Assembly: GCA_963824165.1 (NCBI GenBank)
Contig: CAWGOM010000008.1
Span: 67,140-131,139 of the forward strand
Reading direction: 5' to 3'
Source of the DNA: an uncultured Acidobacteriota bacterium
Lineage (GTDB): Bacteria > Acidobacteriota > Thermoanaerobaculia > UBA5066 > Gp7-AA6
Length of the DNA stretch: 64,000 nt
Positions 21,062 to 29,389 of the stretch are shown here, piece after piece (the stretch's first letter is position 1; every line of letters starts with the position of its first letter). The position numbers and the translations under genes are program-made. The notes beneath the pieces are model-generated. The model had not been told where the DNA came from. It did no database searches and was given only the letters and a program-made list of their open reading frames with translations.

Positions 21062-21478
21062 CTAGGACTTCGCTTTCTTCGAGGGTTTCGACCTGCCGGA
21101 ACTGTTGAGGGCGACCGCCTGGCGAACGAGCGCCTTGAAGGCGGACTCGTCGACCTTTTCTCCTTCGTGGATGTCGATCGCGCGGCGCGTGTTTCCGTCG
21201 AGGCTCGAGTTGAAGAGACCCGCCGGATCCTTCAGAGACGCCCCCCTGGCGAAGGTGAGTTTCACGTGATTCTTGTAGGACTCGCCGGTGCAGATGATGC
21301 CGTCGCGCGACCAGATCGGATTCATCCACTTCCACTCCTCGACGACGTCCGGGGCTGCTTTCGTGATGAGCCTGCGCATTCTGCTGAGGGTTTCCCCGCG
21401 CCAGTCCCCGAGGTCGGCGATTCGTTTCGAGATGAGCTCCGATGCCGGCTGGCCCTGGCTCGCGTCCGACTTTTTCAT
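21062..21478 (-). CDS. DUF1801 (YdhG-like) protein
   Basis: 138-aa ORF containing [14 protein letters not shown]...EEWKW...[11 protein letters not shown]. Confidence 0.7.
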   Translation of the reverse strand: MKKSDASQGQPASELISKRIADLGDWRGETLSRMRRLITKAAPDVVEEWKWMNPIWSRDGIICTGESYKNHVKLTFARGASLKDPAGLFNSSLDGNTRRAIDIHEGEKVDESAFKALVRQAVALNSSGRSKPSKKAKS

Positions 21479-21588
21479 GTCCTCATCCTGGAGCGAGATT
21501 CCGACGGCTCGTCACGCTGGCGAGCGCTCCGTCCTCCAACGGCCCTTCCAGCGACTCTGCGATCGTACTTTCCGGGCGACGGCGCCAT

Positions 21589-22116
21589 CTACCGCTGTCC
21601 GATCGCTACCGTCATCAGCTGAGTCGCGACTGACGCCTCGCGGCAACCGGAGCGCTGATCGCACGCAGCCGGATCGACGAGCTTCACCCATCCTGTGACT
21701 TTCGCCGTGCCGGTGCCGGCGCGCAGAGTCCTGAGCGGAACCGTCTTCGACCAGACGATCTTCTGGCCAGGCAGGAGCGTAAACCTCTCGTCGCAACTCG
21801 GATGGTCGGCGCGAACGAGGTGGCCTGCATCATGCCCGTCCACAATCACGCTGACGCCCCACGACGGCCCAAAGCACCCCTCGAATGACGTCGACCCCTT
21901 GTTCGTGAGAGCGAACTGCGCCGTCACCGACGTGTCGCCCACCGCCAGGTCGCTTCCCAATGACATTGCGAGGCTCAGGCTCTGGCCAAAGCTCGACCCC
22001 GGCCGCGCCACCGCCGGTGTCGCCGAGGCCGCAGGGGTCGGGGAGGTGCACGCCGCAGCCGCAATCGCGACAAGGACGAGGCCGCCGAACCACTTCCGCG
22101 ACTTTCCGGCGCCCAT
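21589..22116 (-). CDS. hypothetical lipoprotein
   Basis: 175-aa ORF with signal peptide and lipobox AAAAC. Confidence 0.5.
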   Translation of the reverse strand: MGAGKSRKWFGGLVLVAIAAAACTSPTPAASATPAVARPGSSFGQSLSLAMSLGSDLAVGDTSVTAQFALTNKGSTSFEGCFGPSWGVSVIVDGHDAGHLVRADHPSCDERFTLLPGQKIVWSKTVPLRTLRAGTGTAKVTGWVKLVDPAACDQRSGCREASVATQLMTVAIGQR

Positions 22117-22135
22117 CCCGCCACTCTAGCGCTTT

Positions 22136-22213
22136 GACGTAACGACGTCACGACTCCTCGGCGAGCTCCGAGCCGAAGGCGAGGAGCGAGTCCGCTGCAC
22201 CCGCGGGTTAGGC
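22136..22213 (-). repeat. attC (terminal, distal arm divergent)
   Basis: Right end cgagtccgctgcacccgcgggttaggc is canonical. The left end is gacgtaac...cctcggcgag. Confidence 0.75.
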
Positions 22214-22927
22214 CGCATCCGGGACCTGCCCCGCGCGCAGCGCGAGCCACGCGATAATTCCAGAGTTGAGATCGACAAGGACGTGGAGCACGATCGCTGG
22301 CCAGAGGGAGCCGAAAATCGCCACCACCAGCGTGAGGAACGTGCCGACGATTCCCGTGCGGAGGGCGCCATTCCATCCCTGGTAAGCATGCGAGCTCGCG
22401 AAGATCAGAACTGACAGCGCCGCCGCGCCCCACCAACCGAGCCACGGGGCCAGGGCCCAGATGAAGTACCCCCGGAACAGGAACTCCTCGCAGAACCCCG
22501 CGGTCAGCGACACCCCTCCGAACCAGTACAGTTCGGTTCGCGTGTGCGGCCCCGTGACGTCGGCGAGCTTCCCCATCTGCTGCCGCACGCTCGCCCTGAG
22601 CTGGGAGTCGCGGGCAACCGCCGCGGCCGATTGGACGTTATAGACCACGAGCAGCAGCACCAGGCCAACCGCCACCCACAACCGCCAGCCATCAGGCACG
22701 GAAAAGCCGAGTGAGGTCCAGGATCTGTCGTTGGCTACCCACAGCGCCGCCCCGACGGCGACCAGGGCCCACAGGCCACCCATGGCGCCGCTCCAGAGCC
22801 GCTTCCGAGCCCGCGCCGGATCGGCTTGCAACTGCCGATGAAATGCCGGCCAAAAGACGAGGTAGTCCCACAGCGGCATGGCGACCGCAAACAGCGAGAC
22901 GTAGAGCAGGTCGGGAAACGTGGTCAT
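22208..22927 (-). CDS. CPBP-family intramembrane metalloprotease (cassette)
   Basis: Starts at the Met at 22927 (MTTFPDLLY). Motifs EEFLFRGY, SSHAYQ and HVLVDL. The stop is the TAA inside the attC core. Confidence 0.8.
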   Translation of the reverse strand: MTTFPDLLYVSLFAVAMPLWDYLVFWPAFHRQLQADPARARKRLWSGAMGGLWALVAVGAALWVANDRSWTSLGFSVPDGWRLWVAVGLVLLLVVYNVQSAAAVARDSQLRASVRQQMGKLADVTGPHTRTELYWFGGVSLTAGFCEEFLFRGYFIWALAPWLGWWGAAALSVLIFASSHAYQGWNGALRTGIVGTFLTLVVAIFGSLWPAIVLHVLVDLNSGIIAWLALRAGQVPDAA

Positions 22928-22989
22928 CAGCACTCCGCTGGCAGTCTGGAACCACACATCCGGCTCCGGAGAGCCACGTCGCCGGCGCC

Positions 22990-23060
22990 GCCTGACGGGT
23001 GGCGGGTCAGCGGCGACCTCCGAGCCGAAGGCGAGGAGCGAGTCCGCGCGCGTGTTAGGC
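22990..23060 (-). repeat. attC
   Basis: gcctgacgggtggcgggtcagcggcga...gagtccgcgcgcgtgttaggc, 71 bp. Confidence 0.85.
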
Positions 23061-23453
23061 GGTCGGCCGCTTCTTGCCACGACGTGACTTCGGTGCCTTG
23101 CGAGGCCGAGGCGCTCTGGGCCGGACGTGTCGAGGCTGGTAGACGCCCAGCTTGCCACCGCCGGGGAGCGTCACGTGGGTAAGCTCGCCCCAACCCACGC
23201 TCTGAATCGGGCCGCAAGCAACTCGTCGCCTCTCCATTTCCGCAACAAATGCGCGGATATCCCCGCACATGAAGTAGAACTCGTGAACGTCGTTCCTCCG
23301 CGACGGATGAACGGCAAGCTCGGCCGGCGGGAGGCCGAAGATGAGCCAGCCGCCCCCGGCGTCGACGTGCGGGAGCCCAAGGATGTCGCGGAGAAACGTC
23401 CGGTCCAACTCCGGTTTCCGGCTGTAGATTATCGAATGAGCGCCGATGATCAT
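23055..23453 (-). CDS. VOC/glyoxalase-family protein (cassette)
   Basis: 132-aa ORF MIIGAHSIIYSRKPELDRTFLRDILGL with a basic tail. The stop is the TAA in the attC core. Confidence 0.7.
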   Translation of the reverse strand: MIIGAHSIIYSRKPELDRTFLRDILGLPHVDAGGGWLIFGLPPAELAVHPSRRNDVHEFYFMCGDIRAFVAEMERRRVACGPIQSVGWGELTHVTLPGGGKLGVYQPRHVRPRAPRPRKAPKSRRGKKRPTA

Positions 23454-23499
23454 GTGCGTCTCCCATGCAGAACGACGTGCGCGTGGGCGGATCTTCGGC

Positions 23500-23575
23500 C
23501 GCCTACCGGGTGGCGGGTCAGCGGCGAGTGACCAGCCGAAGGCGAGGAGCGAGTCCGCCGCACCCGCGGGTTAGG
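23500..23575 (-). repeat. attC
   Basis: gcctaccgggtggcgggtcagcggcgag...gagtccgccgcacccgcgggttaggc, 76 bp. Confidence 0.85.
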
Positions 23576-23619
23576 CGGCCTGGCGATGCGTGCACCAGCG
23601 GGAGCGATTCGCATCTCTT

Positions 23620-24045
23620 TCATGCAGTTCCTTCTTCGAAGAAGAGCGCCATCGTATCGGCCGGCCAGTCCATCGCCCGATTCGTCCCCTTGTCCACGCA
23701 CGCGACGATCATGAGGCAGCGCGACAGGCTCTTGCCAGCCTCATCGACCATAGTGCACTCGATGTGCGCATCGGGTCCGCGGAACTCGCGCACGAACGAC
23801 GTGATCGTGATCTCCTGGTCTCCGACGGCAGGCTGTACAAAGTCGACTTCCATCTTTCGGACCCAGGCCATGAATGGCAGCTTCGCAAGAGTCTTCAAAT
23901 CCCAGCCGACATACTCACGTAGGCCATTCATCCGATGATCGACGTAGTAGCCCGAATACACTGCCGTCCGGAGATGATTATAAGGATCGAGCTCGGAGAA
24001 CTTGATCCTGTGCGTGCTCTTGAAAACTACCGGCATTGTCGGCAT
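23620..24045 (-). CDS. hotdog-fold acyl-CoA/ACP thioesterase (cassette)
   Basis: 141-aa ORF with HRIKFSELDPYNHLRTAVY...MEVDFVQPAVGDQEI, the 4HBT-like pattern. Confidence 0.7.
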   Translation of the reverse strand: MPTMPVVFKSTHRIKFSELDPYNHLRTAVYSGYYVDHRMNGLREYVGWDLKTLAKLPFMAWVRKMEVDFVQPAVGDQEITITSFVREFRGPDAHIECTMVDEAGKSLSRCLMIVACVDKGTNRAMDWPADTMALFFEEGTA

Positions 24046-24173
24046 TCGGCTCCTTTATGTCTCGCGGAAGCCGCCGCTGGCGGGGCGACGCGCTGCGAGC
24101 CCCGGACACGCAACTTCCACGCATTGCGGCTGCCGTATCGAAGGTTGGAGACGATGGACTCTGCGACCTAAGC

Positions 24174-24238
24174 CGCCTACCGGGTGGCGGGTCAGCGGCG
24201 CGGATTCGCCGGCAGGCCGACCGCCGTCTTCCGTCAAC
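24174..24238 (-). repeat. attC, degenerate
   Basis: The left arm gcctaccgggtggcgggtcagcggcg is canonical. The right arm ends ...cgtcaacg instead of gttaggc. Confidence 0.55.
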
Positions 24239-24255
24239 GCAACCCCATCAGTCCG

Positions 24256-26321
24256 TCAAATCGCCAGTCCAACGTCGCCTTCGAGCACCGATGTCTTCAG
24301 CTGCGGGCGCTCTCCGCTCTTCCACAGTGCAGCAGTGTGTAATACCCGATACCTGATGGGCCCCCCGTCCGGTCTTTCGCTGCGCGCAATGGGGCGCGGG
24401 ATGCAGACATACTCGGTGCGCATCTCATCGGCCGACAATTGGACCTTCGCATAACCGTGTCCTCCAAGATCGACGAACTCGAGGTGCGGAGCGAGATCCG
24501 GGTTGGACAGCGACCGTGCGCGCTTGAGGTCGAAGCTCTTTGCATATTCGAGGCACGCACGGACGCCGTGCTTCAGCAGCATGTTGAAGGTCCAGTCCGG
24601 CTTCGCCCCCGCCTCCCTGTCAGCAAGAAACAGCGGTCGTAGCGGAGCGTCCTTCGGAAGTTTGTGCTCATAGGCCTCCATGGCGCCGGGACTGACGAGT
24701 GACGCGCCAACGAAACTCAAGCCTACCGGCTCGAACTTGCCGGGGGGAAGTTCCGCAGTCGCATATCCGGCCCAGAAGCTGTGGCGATCGCCCGAGACGA
24801 TGGCGAAGCCCGTAATCTTCGCGTCGCGCACGAGATGGTAGATTTCCGCGCGCTCTGCGTACGCTGTGCCGTAATCACCCCCGCCCAGGGCTGCGAACGT
24901 GTTCTGGGGCCAGGACTCCTTGGTGAGACCCGCGCGGCAGGTTCTGCGGGTCGGCGCGCCAATCCAGCGCGCCCAGCGAGTTGCGCCCAGATTTTCCACG
25001 CCGCGGTCGAGCTCTTGAGCTTGTCCTTGAACCATGCCTTCTGCTCCGCCCCGAGAATCGTTTGCGGCGGCGCGCTCCGTTGCGGGTTGGGGACATGCGC
25101 ATCGTTGAACCGGATTTCCGGAGGAGGATTGCCGCCGTTGAAGCCGCGCCCGCCGTCGAGAACCTGCATCTCAGACTCAGGAAACATCCCGATGAACTCG
25201 TCGCCGCCGAGCTTTCCGAGAGACGGATCGCTGAAGGGATCCGCGCTCCGATAGCTGTGCTGGTCGGTGATGATCAGGTCCAGGTGCTGACCGTACCGCA
25301 GCGCCCGGTAGGCCTTGAGGCTGTTGATCGCCGTCAGGTTGTTCGGTTCCATCCCCAGCCCATCGCTATCGAACTCCTTGATGGGAACGTCTTTTACAGC
25401 GGGTGGATCGAAACGCTCGAGCAACCCGCTCGGCGGAGCGACACGTGCGGGGAGGTATTCGAACCAGGCCTGATTCGCCGCGACCTTGACGCTCTGGCCG
25501 GGCTGCTCGAACGACCCCGCCTTGACGATGCTTTGCCAACCTTGCCACGAGAATTCGTGGTTGTCCCAGATGGCGACGAACGGCCAGCGCGCGCGAGCGT
25601 CCTGGAGGTCGGGATCGGCGAGATAGCCTTTGTAGATGGCCCGGTAGCCGTCGACGGTCAGCGGTATGTGGAAGTTGCCGACCTTTGGGCCGTCCGGGAG
25701 GCGCGCAACCTCATAGATCGTGCGGTCGTAGCGTGTCTTCACCTCGTCGGGATACTCGACCACCTCGTAGATGAAATCGCCCAGGTGCAGAACGAAGTCG
25801 AGCTGTTGGGCGGCGGGAGCGCGTTCATCTTCGTAAATCATCCGGCGATAGGCGTTGAGCTTGCCCTCATTGACATCCTGACAGCTCACGAATGCGAAGT
25901 TCACCGTGCGCGGATCGTTTGGCAACGGCGCGGTGATCGTGCGGCCGACCCGGCTGCCGTTTCCGTCGGTGTCGGTAAACCGATACCAGTAAGTGCGCGC
26001 CGGCTTGAGTCCGCCAATCAGAACGCGCGCGGTCCAGTCCGCGGCGCTCGAGACCGGTGCCTGCGCGTGCGCAATGACTCGGCGGAATGCCTCATCCTCG
26101 GCGACCTCGACGGTCAGGAGCTGGCGTGTGCCCTGGGCAAACGGACGCCTCGTCCACAGGATGACGCTGTGCGGATCGGGATCGCCCGAGGCGACCCCCT
26201 GGGGATAGAGATCACGCCGCTCATGCCAGTGGACACGCGAACCTCGAGCCGGTCCGACCCATGCGAGCGAAGCACCGATTGCTGCTGCAGCTTTGAGAAA
26301 GGATCGGCGGCTAATCTTCAT
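24256..26321 (-). pseudogene. phoD: PhoD-family alkaline phosphatase, Tat signal, two frameshifts (cassette)
   Basis: N-terminal part MKISRRSFLKAAAAIGASL...GVASGDPDP. The sequence after ...TAAWKIW continues as GNSLGALDW in frame 2 (ORF 24875..25102), then AGLTKESWP... in frame 3 (ORF 24256..25035). Confidence 0.8.
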
Positions 26322-26613
26322 CGTCTCACTCCGTCCGGGCTGCAGTTGGCGTCACCTCAGGGTTCGGACGCGAACGCCCGCTGAGACAAGTACGTACTCT
26401 CTGCCCGTAGGTTGCTGTGGCGTGTAACGCTTCGATCAAATGCGACGATCCGGCAATCTGAACGCCGGACGTCGTCGCCGGCCTTCCACTTCGTTCGGCC
26501 CATGGCCGGACGGGACTCGCTGAGCCGGTTGATACTTCCAGGGCCGCCTGTTTCAGCTGGAGGGCATTGCTGTCCGACTCCTGAGATGACGCCTGGCTAA
26601 CCTTCCGACTGTC

Positions 26614-26674
26614 GCCTAACGCTCCGGTTCAGCGGCCGCAACGCAGCGCCGTCCGCTGCAACCGGTTGTTAGGC
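26614..26674 (-). repeat. attC, short subfamily
   Basis: gcctaacgctccggttcagcggc...gtccgctgcaaccggttgttaggc, 61 bp. Confidence 0.85.
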
Positions 26675-26773
26675 GGGGCAAGCCCACACGCCGCCTTGCA
26701 GCCAAGGACTCCGAACGAGACAGTGTTGCAGGTTGATTCCCCATCGGCCGAGGGGTTTCGGCGCCTTGGTCTG

Positions 26774-27235
26774 CTATGCGTCATCGTACGCTCTCTCCAG
26801 TGCCGCCACGTCCAGCTTCACCATCGTCATCATCGCTTCCATCACAGCCTGTACCTTCTTTGGGTTCTTGTCGCTGATGAGCTCCATGAAACGCCTCGGG
26901 ACGATCTGCCAAGTAATGCCGAACGGATCGGTGATCCAGCCACACTGCAATGGGGTTGCGCCGGCGCTGACGAGCTTGTTCCAGTACTCGTCAACTTCTT
27001 CCTGGTCTTCGCAGTCGACAAAGAGCGAGAAACCTTGGGAGAATGTGAAGTACGGGCCGCCGTTGTAACCCATGAAGGACTGACCACCGATGACGAATTC
27101 GGCGGAAGTGACTGGGCCGTCCTTACCAGTGCGCGCGACGCTCTTGATCTCCGAGTCCGGGAATGTCGCAGTGTAGAACGCCATTGCAGCGTCGAGTTGG
27201 TCGTTGAACATCAGGAAAGGTGTCACTTTGCGCAT
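26774..27235 (-). CDS. VOC-family PhnB-like protein (3-demethylubiquinone-9 3-methyltransferase domain) (cassette)
   Basis: Starts at the Met at 27235. Contains VTPFLMFNDQ...GGQSFMGYNGGP...CGWITDPFGITWQIVP. Confidence 0.75.
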   Translation of the reverse strand: MRKVTPFLMFNDQLDAAMAFYTATFPDSEIKSVARTGKDGPVTSAEFVIGGQSFMGYNGGPYFTFSQGFSLFVDCEDQEEVDEYWNKLVSAGATPLQCGWITDPFGITWQIVPRRFMELISDKNPKKVQAVMEAMMTMVKLDVAALERAYDDA

Positions 27236-27262
27236 CTGCGTGTCTCCTCTTCTCGGGTCTCC

Positions 27263-27338
27263 GCCTAACGGGTGGCGGGTCAGCGGCGAGCTCCGAGGCG
27301 AAGCCGAGGAGCGAGTCCGCTGCACCCGCGGGTTAGGG
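27263..27338 (-). repeat. attC
   Basis: Canonical 76-bp family member; the right core reads gttaggg. Confidence 0.9.
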
Positions 27339-27614
27339 CGGCCACGTGAAGCTTGTCGTACAAAAGCTCCGGTGCGAAGTCCGCGCCGTTGGGCCATGAG
27401 ACCGTTCCAAGGTCGCGCGAAACCGCAAAGCGACGAAAGTAGTCTCGGTCCCGAAGCGGTTCGAAAGCCGGTCCGGGGAGGTCTCCATCGACCGCGCCGT
27501 CCGCAATTCGCACGGTCACTTTGTGCCCCGAGTATCGAGCGTGAAATGAGCGGGCTCGTGCTCCCGGTGGTACATCGTGATCACGATTCCGAGAAACCGG
27601 CAAATTTCCGGCAC
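27280..27614 (-). pseudogene. DUF4160 N-terminus joined to DUF2442-like C-terminus, one frameshift, reads through attC (cassette)
   Basis: GTG at 27614 gives (M)PEICRFLGIVITMYHREHEPAHF. A 1-nt shift near 27545 leads into HARYSGHKVTV...FEPLRDRDYF...GTVSWPNGADFAPELLY. The stop at 27280 is inside the attC. Confidence 0.55.
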
Positions 27615-27685
27615 CTGCGAATCGTAACCCGATGCACCCGGGCCGCCCAAGGGGCGGAGAGGCGGCGACTCCCATCCAACCGTGG

Positions 27686-27874
27686 TCAGGCGCTCTGTTC
27701 CTTGCCAGCCGTGTCACCTGCGGCCCGGTGAATCCGCCGAACCTCTGATGCCTTGCGAGCGCCCAGCCGATCCATCTTGCTGGTCGAGTTCCCAACGACC
27801 TTCTGAGGCTTGCACATGCCGTGGCGAGCTCCGCCCGCACGCTGCCTCTTCGCCCTTCCGCGCTTGTGGTGCAC
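27686..27874 (-). CDS. hypothetical small basic protein (cassette)
   Basis: 62-aa ORF MHHKRGRAKRQRAGG...CKPQK. No family named, and it could be spurious. Confidence 0.3.
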   Translation of the reverse strand: MHHKRGRAKRQRAGGARHGMCKPQKVVGNSTSKMDRLGARKASEVRRIHRAAGDTAGKEQSA

Positions 27875-27910
27875 GTTGAGACTCTACGCCCACATCGGTG
27901 TCTTACGACC

Positions 27911-27986
27911 GCCTAACGGGTGGCGGGTCAGCGGCGAGCCCCGAGGCGAAGCCGAGGAGCGAGTCCGCTGCACCCGCGGGTTAGGC
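27911..27986 (-). repeat. attC
   Basis: Canonical 76-bp family member. Confidence 0.9.
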
Positions 27987-28005
27987 CACGGCGACCGATC
28001 CCCGT

Positions 28006-28260
28006 TTACCGAATGATGCGTTCGTACTCCGCGTGGGTACCGATCCAGAACCAAACGACTCTGTCTGCGGCGTCGACTCCAAGAGCTCGGTACGACCGCC
28101 CCACACGAACCGACCAGAACTGCCCAAGCCGCTTGAAGTGCAGAGAGGGGTGGTACGGATTCGACTGGAGCAGGCCGTAATTCTTGCGCGCCAACTCCTG
28201 AACGTCGGCTGGCAGCCTCTCCAGACTGGCCCAGAACCGAGACGTTGCGAGGTGCTTCAA
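28006..28260 (-). CDS. RelE/ParE-superfamily toxin (cassette)
   Basis: 84-aa ORF containing ...FWSVRVGRSYRALGVDAADRVVWFWIGTHAEYERI. It overlaps the upstream antitoxin ORF by 4 nt. Confidence 0.7.
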   Translation of the reverse strand: MKHLATSRFWASLERLPADVQELARKNYGLLQSNPYHPSLHFKRLGQFWSVRVGRSYRALGVDAADRVVWFWIGTHAEYERIIR

Positions 28261-28457
28261 ATCTCCCTGGTCTCGCCCCGCTTGTGTTCGGCCAGAGCCT
28301 CCGCCGCAAGACGATCAAGCTTTCCCGCCTTCACATCGGCTTCCATCTGCCGATCCCAAGCGTCGGCATCGTACTTCGCAAACCAGTCACGAAATGCCGC
28401 AAGCTCCTCAGCCGACAGCTTCTCGATCTCACGTTCGAGAGTCTCAACCTTGCTCAT
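28257..28457 (-). CDS. antitoxin partner (addiction-module component) (cassette)
   Basis: MSKVETLEREIEKLSAEELAAFRDWFAKYDADAWD..., a small acidic helical protein overlapping the toxin start. Confidence 0.6.
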   Translation of the reverse strand: MSKVETLEREIEKLSAEELAAFRDWFAKYDADAWDRQMEADVKAGKLDRLAAEALAEHKRGETREI

Positions 28458-28518
28458 GGCCAAATGATACCAAGCAGCCAATCTCTCTGCCCATCAAGAG
28501 GTTCAGGTTGCTTCCGTG

Positions 28519-28582
28519 GCCTAACGCTCCGGTTCATCGGCGGCCCGCGCAGCGAGCCGTCCGCTGCAACCGGTTGTTAGAC
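28519..28582 (-). repeat. attC, short subfamily
   Basis: gcctaacgctccggttcatcggc...gtccgctgcaaccggttgttagac, 64 bp. Confidence 0.85.
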
Positions 28583-29275
28583 CGCATCTCCTCTGGCCAG
28601 AAGGTAGACACCAACGCAAACGAACCAGAGCAGCCCTGCTACGGACGCCACCTCAAGAGGGATCGCGACACCACTCTCGGACAGAGCGGACGAAATGGAC
28701 ACCCCGGCGATCATGCTCGCCGCCACCTGAACGAACCCGAGGCCCGACATCCACCTGGGAAGTGTTGCCGACCGCCAGCCAGCGACACTGAAGCCCAGGA
28801 TCAGCATCGACCAGGTGACGACCTCCGCAGTAAAGAGGACGCGCGTGAGGCCGAACAAAGCAAAGAAAAGGTCCTGGCTCTGATTGACTGGGGGGGTATT
28901 GAGGAACGCGAGGATCTCAACGCCAGTCGTGACGATTCCGTTCGTCACGAAGACGGCCGCTCCCAGCAGGCCCACAGCGCCCCACCCCATCTCGCTCGCC
29001 GGGCGCGTACGGCACGTTCTCGCAAACAAGGCCGCGGCAAAGAGAACGATGCACATGAAGGCCAAGTACCGACAACCGTGGATGATCGCCCAGGTGCCCG
29101 CCTCGCGAGCGAGGTACTCCTGTAGCTCGGAGGACGTCGGATTGTCCGGAGGAAACTCCTTCAGGACCATATTGAGCACGATGTGGACCATCATGCCAAC
29201 GATGATCGCGAGGCCACCAATACGGATGAGGCTTGACTCGCCCGCGCGCGAAGTGCTTGTGCCGCGACTCACCAT
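28577..29275 (-). CDS. multi-TM membrane protein, DUF4386-like (cassette)
   Basis: 232-aa ORF with about 6 hydrophobic segments and a ...LPRWMSGLGFV motif. The stop is the TAA in the attC core. Confidence 0.55.
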   Translation of the reverse strand: MVSRGTSTSRAGESSLIRIGGLAIIVGMMVHIVLNMVLKEFPPDNPTSSELQEYLAREAGTWAIIHGCRYLAFMCIVLFAAALFARTCRTRPASEMGWGAVGLLGAAVFVTNGIVTTGVEILAFLNTPPVNQSQDLFFALFGLTRVLFTAEVVTWSMLILGFSVAGWRSATLPRWMSGLGFVQVAASMIAGVSISSALSESGVAIPLEVASVAGLLWFVCVGVYLLARGDAV

Positions 29276-29289
29276 GGGACCCCTTGTCG

Positions 29290-29365
29290 GTCTAACGGGT
29301 GGCGGGTCAGCGGCGAGCCCCGAAGCGAAGCGCAGGGGCGAGTCCGCTGCACACGCGGGTTAGGC
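29290..29365 (-). repeat. attC
   Basis: gtctaacgggtggcgggtcagcggcgag...gagtccgctgcacacgcgggttaggc. Confidence 0.9.
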
Positions 29366-29389
29366 GGCCGCACCGACCACTCCCTGCTT

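Noticed and set aside
21479-21605. Weak similarity (ggctcgtcacgctggcgagcgctccg) to the attC left arm between the DUF1801 and lipoprotein genes
   Set aside because: The match is short and gapped, with no core motifs. I could not distinguish it from chance in GC-rich DNA.
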